NCBI GenBank assembly: GCA_964354585.1
Contig: CAYHAI010000052.1
Location: 6,283-70,282 of the forward strand
DNA: 64,000 bases
Origin: an uncultured Planctomycetales bacterium
GTDB taxonomy: Bacteria > Omnitrophota > Gorgyraeia > Gygaellales > Profunditerraquicolaceae
Direction of reading: 5' to 3'
Position numbers and translations under genes: made by a program. Under the pieces are notes generated by a model. It was given only the letters and a program-made list of their open reading frames with translations, made no database searches and was not told the DNA's origin. Shown piece after piece: positions 12,401 to 24,400 of the stretch (position 1 is the first letter of the stretch; each line of letters starts with the position of its first letter).

Positions 12401-15400
12401 AGAATCCCAAAGGTCTTCTCTTTTTTCTGCTGTATTATTTAATGGTATTTCTTTTAATATGCTCTCAAGGCCTGAAATTATAGAGTTTATCTCGTTAATG
12501 GGTTCTTCGTCCGGGTTAAGCACACCTGTTATAATCGCCGCCATAGCGAAGAATCTTTCGCCTGCTGTCTTATCATGATACATATAAATCAAAACCGCTA
12601 AAACACTAATTATTAACCAGGGAAGCAAGCTAAATAAAGTCGAGCCGGCATCAGGGTTATGTTTTGCGCCATTTTGATTTTGCCGCCTGCGGTTCTGTTG
12701 GGCCTGTATCCCCTCATCAAGCAATGCATCTGATTTCTCTTTTGCCTTTTGCGCTTTTTCTCTGGCTAATGGAGTCCCGATATACTCATAATATCTGGCG
12801 GCTTGGTCAAATATAATGATCGCCTTTTCAGCTTCTCCGTTTTTACCATAATTCTCTGCAGTGTAATAAAGAATATCCGCCAAGGAATACAGAATTATCG
12901 GATTATCTGCACCCAAAATCCCTACCTGATGCATATATAAACCTTGCGCTTCTTCAGCTACAGCGATTCCTTTTTTGATATTACCTGCGCTAGCGTGAGC
13001 CCTAGCTAATCCCGCAAGAATAGCTATACTATCAACGGGATTTAGATCAGGAAGGTTATAAGTAGTTTCCCAAACTTCTGTGGCCTCAGCAACCTCTCCT
13101 TTTTCTAAAAGATCGCCGCCATAAGTTACGCAGGTCTCTTGAAAATCTGAGCTAATCGCCCTATTAAGCAGAGGAATCTTATATGCCTTATCCGAAGCCA
13201 CCCGATAGATTTCTAAGGCTTCGAAGGTGCTATTCGTTTTTCTAAACGCCCCGGCTTGAACGCAAAGCTGCTCAGCTTGGGCGGATTCTAACTTATATTT
13301 CGCCTCTTGTAAATAAACCTCTGCTACAGCATCGCCTTTACTTGCAGACTCAAGTAAAGGGACCGCATCTTTAAGCAATTTTATTTTTGCGATATGCTCT
13401 GATATATAATTACTATTTTGCAAATCCGCCAAGGCTAAATATGCCATACCCAACTCAAAGCTGATCTCTTGCCGCTTCTGGATATTCTCTGGCTCTTTGC
13501 GACTATTTCCTAAAAGACTACGCCCCTGCTCTAAGAATCCTACTGCCCTCCCTATCTTTCTCTTGAGTAACCCAACATTAGCTTTTCTGCCAGATAATAG
13601 AGCTTGAGCTTCTCTTAAGAATATCTTGCCCAAGAGAAGCTGAGTAGCAAAATCTTGAGCATAACGTTTTGAGTTGACAATATTTTTTGCTGCACGAATA
13701 GCCTCTTTATATTTGCCTTCGCTATAGAGCCTCTTTGCCCGCAAAAGGGCTATATACTCTATGTCACGCCCAACGTCTCCCTCGCTCCCTTCTGCGTTAG
13801 CAGGCACTAGCGGTATCATCGCGGCTAAAAAGCCAATACTTGCTTTAGGTTCACCTAACAAAGTAGAAGCCAAAACACCCAAGCCCGCGCCAATAATGAG
13901 TACCCAAGAAGTTCTCCTATTAGATGTGTGCTTAAGGCAATAATACAAAAGCCATACTATTCCAATAATTGCCACTATCACCAATATCTGTTGTTGGGTT
14001 AAGCCAAAGAAGACCTCTTTCTTCTTTGGACTAAATATCTTGAATAAAATACCCCCAATACCTAGATAAGACCAAATTGTGCCCCCGCCAATATGCGCGA
14101 TTAAATGAGCAATAGGCGGTATTAATGCCAGAGGGCTCTTTAAAATCTCACCCAAACCATGGGCTGCTTTGATACCGTGAATTGTTGATACGATATCGTC
14201 AAAGTAAAAATATAAAGCGCCTAAAATACCTATAGTCATTGCACCAACAATTAACCTCTTGAGACTGAAGTGACTCGGTTTTATCACGCTAAGTGTTACT
14301 GCCCGACCAACCGCCTCATTAAAATCCATATTACTTTTTCCGTCTTGGTAAGCTTGTTTACTATATCGCATAGCTTGTTTCCAGGTTATTCTCATTCCAA
14401 ATACTCTCTTGACAACCTTTGCCACTTCGCGTATTCGTTGCTCGAGATGGTTTATATCATTTTTTATATCCTGATTTTTATAGAGCCAGCCAGAAAAAAA
14501 TAAAATTATACCCACAGTTACTATTGCGATTATCTCATTTCTGCTTAAGTTTACCTGCCGCAGTGCTGGAACTGCAGCACCGCCTTTCAAAAGGAATAGG
14601 GCAGTTACAGTAGCGGCCGAAAGCAATATAATGGCTAATCTTTTGAGGCGAGCGTGGCTACGCTGTTTCAGGTAAAACCTTACTGCCCTGCCCACAGCTT
14701 GATAATTATTAATGCCCTTTCCTCCCTCTTGGAAAACCTGTTCAGTGATTTCTTTGGCTCTTTTTCTACTTATTCTTAATGCCTTCTTGACAATCGTGGT
14801 CACCTCGGATATCCTAAGATCGATTCGGTCTTTATCTTGATATTTTTCAAGAAGATAAGCTATAACTCCCATAAGGACAAAAATTGCTATCGCTATGCCT
14901 GCCCAAACACTACCTGATAGCCCTATAACACTTGCTTCTTGCGTAACCGCTGTTGAATCTTTAGCCAAAGCATCCCAGCCCGCTGCGCCAATAATCAAAG
15001 GTAAGGTGCTAGAGGGAGTTTTTGCATCTTGTTTACTGCCTTGAATAGCCCTTAGTACTTTAAGGCCAAAATAAGTTAATAATACGGTTCCTACCAGCCA
15101 TCCTGCCAATTCCTGTATCAGGTCGCGGGTTAACCAAGTAGGGATATGGATAATATCAAAGGCATACATGCCAACTGCGGTGGCAAAGCCAGCTAAACTA
15201 ACCAATGTCTCTTTGATATATACCTTGCCCGCATTTCTCTGCAACCGTATAAATATAGTAGGCGGTTCATTTACTTCCTGAACCGGTATCTGATGCTCCG
15301 GGGCCGCCTGCTTTATTCTCCCATAAATATTCGCACCTCGGTTCAGTGCGCGTAAAAGACTATTTGGGTCTTGAAAGATGACTTCCTCTGCGCTGGGAAT

Positions 15401-18400
15401 TAAATTCTGCTGGCCACCCACTGCTTCCAGGAGAACTTTCCCTATTTCTGCTGTTTCCAGCAAACCTAAATCAAGTCTAATGCGGCGATATGCTTTATTT
15501 TCTGGGGATAACTGTAACCTCACCGGTGGCGGGTAAGAAGAAAGATTGAACTCTTTGCGTGAAAGAATATCTCTGGCAGCTTGCCTGAGTCTGTCTCTAT
15601 AAGGACGCTCTACAGAAATCCAAACCTCAGGCGGCATATATTGGTCATCAACTATATATTTTCTGACAAAACTATATACTGTTTCATTTGCTGGCCGCGA
15701 TGAGCTATTTAGGTATAAAGTTGCCTTTTTATTAACCAAGATAATTTCTATCCTGTCAGGATATTCTATTGCCGGATTATAATCAAACTCTATTCTATAA
15801 TTACGGTCTGCTCTTAAAGAATACTCGCGATAGATATCCTTATCCTCTAAACCAACCCCTGCTTGTTTAGCAATTTCTTCCAGTAGGCCCTTAGCATACT
15901 CATTATCATCGCGCAGACTTATCAAATCCACATCTATACCGTATATTTCTGCGGCTTTACAGATTGCCCGCGCCACTATAGTTCTTTCTATGGATTGAGG
16001 TATATGCGTCCACTGGGATAAAGCCGCCACCATTTTTTGCTCATCAGTGTAGATATAACCCGCGTATCTTTTTTCCACATAGCGGAATAAATTATCGATA
16101 TGCCATCTGGCAATCTCATCAGCAAAATGGGCCACGGCGCGGTCAATATCTGCCTCAGTTATCTTATCTTGCTTGTAACCCTTCTTCTCCACCAACCATT
16201 GGGCAATCAAGGATTTTTCCATTTGATATGGCCCGGTAGAATTATCTTCGTTGAGGAAGGCAGCCCCTGCCTTGGCTAAGTCTCTTAAGCCAACCCGGCT
16301 ATCTTTTTCCATTTCTCTGAGCGCGCGTAAAATATGGTTTTCAAGTTCTGAATAAGACATTGGCATGGGAGGGGCAAGTCCTGTAGTCCGCTTGGCTTCC
16401 GGCTCAGCTCGCGCTAAGTTAGGTTCTTGGTATGATTTAGCGGCGACACTATCTTTGGGTACAACTATGCGCGGAACATCCTTTTGGATATTTCTTGCCG
16501 CGTTTTCTTTTATTTTTAAGAATATCTTATGAACGAACACTACCAACAATATACCCAAAACAAATCCCGTCACTTTATATTTTTCTTCCCATATCTTCTT
16601 TAATATTGCTTTTCCTATCTTAACCAAACCAGAAATTCCCAGCAAAACTATATAGGGTAAAGAAACAATTAGTATTATACAAACACAAACAACACTGATG
16701 ATTAACTTAACCACAGCTGGTATCGCTGCAATGACCTTCTTCACGGCTTTGATTCCTATTCCTACCAATACGACTCCTATCTTTACTACTCTGACTCCTA
16801 TATCTAATATTCCTGCGCTTATCCGGGCAACCACGAAAATTATGGTTAAAACTGTAGAAGCTAAGAAAACAACCAGTAGCGGCGTGCGGAACCAATTAGT
16901 GGACGCGGGATTTATTGGAGAACCAGGGAAGGAATGCAACAATATTACGGCAAAAACAGCAACTATAGCCGTTACCATTGAGCCTGTCCTTAGCGTCTTT
17001 TTAAATCCTTTCCAGAGAGTAGATATAGTATAATTCTCAATCTGCGGCTCAGATTCTAACTCGGGAGATTTTACCACCGCAACTTCTGATGCGGGAGATT
17101 CTGCCTTCACGGATTCTGCTTCCTCAGATTCTAACTCCTCACGCAATCTTTCTAATACTTTCACCTCTCTCCTTACCTGCACCAAGAACACAATAATTAT
17201 GCCCAACGCGATAAGAACCAGGCTCTCGAATCTAAAACCTGCGTGATAGGTTACCTCTGGGGCACTTGCGGCCTGAGCACCCGCCGAGCCCAGCCCGATA
17301 AATGCAATTGCTATGGAAACGATAAATTTCGCTAATTTAAACTTGGGCATGGTCACTCGCTCAATAAAATGGAGTTGCTTCTTTTCTACATCCTTATTGC
17401 TGCCATTAAATGCCTTATGCCATATCTGGGCTACCAACTGGGCAAACTTGACTTCAATCTCTTCTCTAATCTCCTCTTCTGTGGGCTTACGGCTCAGTCT
17501 ATATTTAAGGTCATTTATCACCGTCTCTCTAATTTCTTGTTGTGTGGGCAAGCGCTTAATCATTTCGTCCGCGCGGGCCTTATAAATCAATCTCGTAAAA
17601 GTGCAAGAAAATTCATCGTTGGTCTGAAGCAGGGGCTTGGTTTTTCCTTCTGTCAGGGCTAAAAGTTCTTCTCTGGTTATCCCCGCATACCCCGCTAAAG
17701 CATCAAGATATCTATGCTCTACGCTATAAACCGGCACTCTTAACTCCTGGCCAGGCTGCAATACCGGATCTTCACCTTTTAAATCGTTCTCTTTCTTAAT
17801 TGCTTCTGGTGTAGAACCATATCTTTGGGCAATTTTCCAGAGCGAATCACCCTTTATAACTGTGTGTTGCTTCAGCGTTACCGTACTGAATTCTTTTTCT
17901 TCCAGATTAGGAATCTCTATCCTAAGAAAAGAAATTGCTGTCTTTGGCTCAATCTGCCACCAGCCACAGCCTACGCCATCAACTAACTTTCCGCGTCTGG
18001 TTACCACCTGTTGGCGCGCTTTCAAGTCGGATTCATTAATCGGAGTGGATAACAGTAGATAAATAAGGTGCGTGTAGAATTTTTTATACTCTAACTTAAC
18101 TGCGCCTTCTTTAGTAAACATATATCCATCGGTTTTCTTAAGTATCCCATCAATCATTTTCCAGATCTCATCATAGTTTGCGCGCTGAAACTCATCCATC
18201 TCTCTAAATTCTTGAGGTATGGTAACCGCGACTTTAATATATTCTTTTTCGCCCACTGCTACTTTGGCAACCTCAGTAAATCCTACTTTCTGGGCTGCTT
18301 TCTTAACTTCTTCAAAAGTTGCTCCTTCTACGCTAATATACGCCCAGAACATTCCATTATTTTCTTTACCTATTCTGATCAGCTTTCCAAGTTTATTTCT

Positions 18401-21400
18401 TAGCCGCTGTAACATTCCCACCAAATATAAACTTACTGGATATGTAAATTCACTGGAAGAAAAGTTCGGGGCTAAATCTCCGGCAATGAGGTCTTCTAAA
18501 TCAGCAAGCGATAAGAAGAAAATGGCTCCTATTGTCTTCTTAACGAATTTTCTTCGCGAAGCAACATCATTCTTATGTTTTTTAGTATCTTTCTTATTTG
18601 GCCTACCTGGATCTATTCTTGGCGCTATTACAAACAAAGCTATAGCTATTGATACTACGCTTATTATCAGAGCCACAATACCGATTGTGCCTGCGGTAGG
18701 CTCAGGTGTCTCTGACGCGCTAATTTCTCCAGCCATAGCCGGAGCCGCGGCAAGAGCCAAGAAAATCATCCCCACCACCGCACCTAAGCCCATGCTTGTT
18801 GTTAATGCCTCTTTTGTTTGGGTATTTGTCTCTATAAAGACTGTGGGTTCGCGGGACAGCTTGACATTGTGGTCATTTAATCGCACTCCGTCTTGTTCGG
18901 CTCCGTGGCAGAAATGAATCTGTGAGGTTACCTCAATACCAGAATCAAGCAGCTCCTGGATAGGTATGACTAGATGATACTGGGTAAGGGACTTACCATC
19001 GGGTTGCTTTATCTGGGCTTGCACTACTTTTGCCTGCGTGGCTCTTCCTTGATACTCTCCAAGCAGTTGATAATCTGAGGTATTATGGCGGCTGAAGTAT
19101 AGCATATATGCTTTTGGACCCTTGATGAGAATGGCAAAACCTAAAAGCTTTTCTTCAACATCAAATTCCATAACCAAATTGCCGCGAGAATAGTTGCGTA
19201 AATCTACTTTGAAGTTTGCCCATTTGCCAGCCCAAGTCTTTCCTTTGTAATGGTCAAATAATACTGTTTCTTCGGTTCGGCCCAAGGGCTGACGATGTTT
19301 GGCACAACCTGTCTCAAGCAAAACTACTCCTACCGCTGTCGCGAACACTGTCTTTAAGAACCCTCTTCTTGAAATTCTCCCTACCTCGGCAGCAGGAGGC
19401 CCACAAATCGGATTCTCTCTTCTGGCTCGCAGGGCTTTGACGGCCTGGATAAATCCTAAAACTAACAAAGCCAATCCCGCAGTCAAAATCGTGAGCATTT
19501 TCAGAGAGACAAATCCTGAACGCTGAGAGTCTTTCGCTATGCTCTTCATTGCTCGAGCACGTTGCTCCCTTCTCTTTGCCCGGCCTCTATGCGACATAAA
19601 ACAAATGAGCGTAAGAATAAGCAACATTGCAGCAGAGCCATATAACCTCCCATACTCATATTTGGGAACTAGGGCTATATACCTAAGTTTCATCTTTTCT
19701 AACGCCGGAACCAATGTGCCTGCACAAAGTTCAGAACCTTGTATGTGTCCTGCGTTACCGATAAAGAATATCTTACCTCCTGTTGAAGATGCGCATTTTG
19801 AAATCGTCTCTGCAAAGGCCCTTTCTCTTTCCCTGTTTAATTGTTTCATCGCTTTTATCAAATTTTCTCGTTTCCTCTTATCGCTGGATGTTGCCTCACC
19901 CGCCGCAATCAATTTATCTATCTCTTCCTGCTGCCTTATATTATCTACTGATTCATTCATTAACACCGCGTCATCTGCCCCCATTACTTTGCCTTTGGCT
20001 CCAGAAATCAGAGACTGAAAGTATACGGCATCAAGACTTTTATCTCGCCATAGTCCGGTTGTTAAGTCTTTTCCTCTTGCTACGCCCTCTAATAAAATGA
20101 TATCTCTATCCTGCGCATATTTAGCCAATAACCTAGCGACCTCTTGGTTATTTTCACCACGGCTGCCTATCAGGATAACCTGTGCAGAATCTATATCTTG
20201 GACATTCTGAGAAAAGACCTCGAAATATTTAGGGTAAAGCCCTTCATCACCTAGCGCCGCGGTTGATTTAACCGCTCTGGGGATAGCCTTAGCCTGGCCA
20301 GCTCCGACTGCTAATATCAATAATACAATTGGAACAACGGTGAATGCGCTAAACAACGATGCGGCGCAATAAGGAGTAGTTTGTGCTTGCCCGAACCCAT
20401 AAGCCAAAACAGCCGCAATGGCACTCACCAACGCCACTATTACTGTACTTAAGGTAGAACCGTTACCAGTCAAACTTTCTCTTAAAACATTATTGTAACC
20501 AGGCAGGCCATATATTCGATTTAATACCTCTTCTACAAATTTATCAACCCTTTCATTTAATTCAGCCGCGTCATAAGGAATGCCGGGATAGCCGATTACT
20601 TCTCTGGCTTCTTTTCTACTGACGTTACGCACAAACTCTCTCAATGCCGGGACAAGGCTGGGGGCAACACTGCTGAATATCAATGGGGTATCATTTTCTG
20701 ATACCGCAATATGAAATACCAAATATTTAAAGGTGCTGGCGAGCGTGCCGCAGACACTGATGTATTGTGCTTTCCTGTTTTTATCTTGCCTTAGTTCGCT
20801 ATAGAAACCGATAATATCCCTGAGTATCTCGGGTTGCAAATCAAAGAATAATCTCTGTTTTGCTACGTTAGAACGTAGAGTTGCGAATTTAGATTTGGTG
20901 TAGTCGTTTGTGCCTACGCTGACAAAATCAAATTTTCTATAGACATCGGCTAATAAAGGCACAAGTTGTGTATCTTCTATCATTACCCCGAATTGCATAT
21001 TATTTAATATCTCGCCGGCAATTTCTCTTTTTACCTGCGCAATACTCTGCAACAAGAAATCTACATCTTCTTGTGAAACTACCATCGGAAACATCACTGC
21101 GATTTTGTGTCTTTCGCTCTCTATATTAGCCCTCATCAGAGCCCTTAATTGGGTAAGGAATATATCCTTGCCTTCGTCGCTTAATCTATAAAATGCTACG
21201 CCTTCCAATTTCTTTTCGTTTCTAATCCAGGGAAGCCCTTTATCCGGATCTTTGGAGGGGTCTACTACATCTAAGGTGCGCATCACAATTATTCCAGCCG
21301 CAGCATTAGCTAAAGTTAAATAAATACCTTCCTGGTAATTTTCTGCTGGCACTGCGGTTAAATTGAAAAATGACTTTATGGCTTCTGTCCTGCATAACCC

Positions 21401-24400
21401 CACATCAAGCAACAGGCCCTTACTTAAATCTACTTCTTCTTTCTGATTTGCGTTTATCTTAAAGTTTACCTTAACCCCATCTTTTGTTTTTACTGGCTGC
21501 TCTCTCTGGGTAACAGTATATTCTTCCAAAGCCCTCAGCTGTGTATCCAGCGTTTTGCTTTCTTCTAAAGTTTTGGTGCTCGGATTTAAGATTACTTCGC
21601 CGCTTAAGCCGTTGACTACGGCGTATTCACCCTCACGCACCAAGCTAAACCAGTTTATCTCTTCTGCGCTGTCTTCTACGCTGGGATGAGTAATTACTAA
21701 GTAACCAGCCTCTTTGGCAAAAATAACCCAGTGCTCGGCAACCGAAGCCTTATCTACTACAAAGGCAAGCACGTCTTCGTAAGTACCCACAATGCGGTAG
21801 TAGTCGCCAATATCCATATCTCTGGCAAAAATTATTGCCTTTCCTCGAGGCGCCCTGTCTCTTAAGAAATCTTCTACTATATAATCAATTATTTCTACTG
21901 CTATGTCATTTATGCGTTCTTTTACCTCGGGATCTACTCTTGCGTGGGAAATATATTCTGCAGCCCCATCCCTGATTAATTCTTCTGCCTCTTTAAACCT
22001 AAACTTTGTTTCTGCGGATGCCCAGTAACCTTTGTATTCATCTAAATAATTCCTTAAAATAGGAGGAATTTGTTCGGCTATCTGGTTGATAAAACTCTTT
22101 ACTTTATCATCAACGCTAACCCCTGCATCTATCCGCTGCCTTATTTTTTCTATTACATTATTAAACCGCCTAATCTCATCATCTATCTTTTGTTGGGCTA
22201 ATTCTAATCTATCTCCAGATAAAATTAAACTATTGTTGCGGCTCAATCTCAACTCTATCATTACCCGCTTTAAGGCCTTATTCATCTCAAGCACATTATC
22301 TCTAAATCTGCCTGCCGGCATTTTAGCGGCACCTTCGTAATTCTCATCTATCCTATGCAGTAGAATATGCTCTGCAGTGCTGGGGTCAATATGTCCTTCA
22401 ATCGCTTTAACAATATTTTTCTTTTCGTATAAAACAACACCCATCAATGCCCCTACGCGAGTAGCTGCTTCCTTATGCTTTTTGTGTTCTAAAGTTAGCT
22501 GGGTTGTCTTTAATCTTGCTATTTCTTTCCTAAACACAGTTCTTGCTCTTAATATTTCTTTGTGTATTAATTCCTCTCTTGCGTCTTTCGGTATATCCTG
22601 AAATGGTAAAATTTTATTGCGCCGTTCGATGCGCGTAAATAGCGCCTGCTCCAACTTATCAATATCTATCCACTTGTGTGTGTCGGCGCTAAATATATCG
22701 GCAAATACCTGCGCTTGCGTATCGTTTACGAGTGTAGCATCAATCTCTTTTTTCTTAAGCTCGGTAAATACCCTCTCTATGGCTGCTTCCGCATTAACCT
22801 TCTCTGCTAAGATAACCTTATCTATTCTCTTCTTAAGATAATCAATGATTATCAATGTATTAATGCCCACCAATCCTTGATCTACCTGAGGCTTAATAAT
22901 ACCCTTAAGATAATCCAGGGCTTCTTCCGCAAAGACTTGCTCATTGCGGACCAAGAGCGCTAACTCATTTTCTTTTAAGCCAGGTATGTTTAAGGCATAG
23001 AATAACGTTGTGTGGCTCTCAGGAAGGCTGGGTTTTACCGCAATGGGAGCTGCAGGCACTCTCAAGCCTAAAGTACTCAATCCTCTTAGCCTTATTTCTC
23101 CAGCCAAGCCCAAAAGCCCCAAGCTGGCAAGGCAAACCCCATCCGCGCCCTGCCCCAGCCCACAAACCAAAGCCACCACAACCGCAGCCACCACCACTCC
23201 CGCCCCCACCATTGCCACCAGCGCGCCAACAACCTGCCTGCTGGTGATGCCGGAAGGAGACTGACAGGCAAGATGTTCTCTTTGCCTCGCCCTTAAAATA
23301 GGAGCAAGTGCTTTTAAGATTCCAGATTGTCCTGCCTCTTCTAAAGCCCAAATTGCTGTGCTGTGCAAATCTGAAGGGAGTTGATCATTTTCTACAATCG
23401 CCTTTAAAATAGAACCAAGCTCTTGCTCTCGTAAAATTCTAAATTGTTTTGTGATTCTTAAGGCCTCAATTGCTGCTTGGCATAAATCTGGATGGAGTTG
23501 GTAATTTTCTACAATCGTCTTTAAAGTAAAACCAAGCGCTCTTAAGATTCCAAATTGTTTTGCGGCTATTAAAGCCAAAATTGCTTTTTGGCGCGAATCT
23601 GGAGAGAGTTGGTCATCTTTTGCGTATGCTTTTAAGGTCTTAAATCCTCCTGCGTTCTCTGAAGCCCAAGTTGCCGCTTGGCGCAAATCTGAATGGAGCT
23701 GGTTATTGTTTTCGCATACTATTAAGGTCTTAACGTAGCTTTTGACAACGGCTCGCCTCATTAAATATACCACCCCCGCCGCAGCTAATATATAAGGTAA
23801 GGCCTCTGGCTGCTTTACTGCTAAAGCAATGCCTGCACCCACAAGCCCAACTACTGCCATGGCAAGTATAGTCTCAGGCAGGGTAAAGCCGGATTTGCGG
23901 CGGTCGCTATGAGAACGGCGGCTACGGTCATCATGTCTAATTCTGCTTTTTATTTTTTGCCGATAGCGTAAGTATAAATATAATCCTACAAAAAATACCA
24001 CAACTATTCCAGCAACTAAAAAAGGATGCGATAGGAAGCCCCTAAGAATACGCCATCCGATATACTGTTCTGTTGAATCAAGCCACATTGCAATTAAAAT
24101 AACGCCTGGAGCTAACAGGATTAAACTTACTATAGATAATAAATTCCGAAGTCTACTTCTCTTTGGAAACAGGTAACTTATCGCTTTCAGTGCTCCAGCA
24201 AGTGAACCCATTATAAGAGATACCTTGAGCACAGCAATAATGATACTGCCTCCCTGTGATGCGGCATAATCGCCTTGCCCGCTGACTGTCCCTGTCGCTC
24301 CCCAAGCCAAGTCAGCCAAGAATAAGACGAAAGCAATAGGAAGGAAGGAGAAAGTCATTCCACTAGGAAGAATAGTAGGACGTTTCCAGAAATCGTCCAT

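Noticed and set aside
23019-23351. Gly-rich 110-aa alternate-frame ORF
   Set aside because: By-product of the Val/Ala/Gly TM codons of the giant frame; TTG start without RBS
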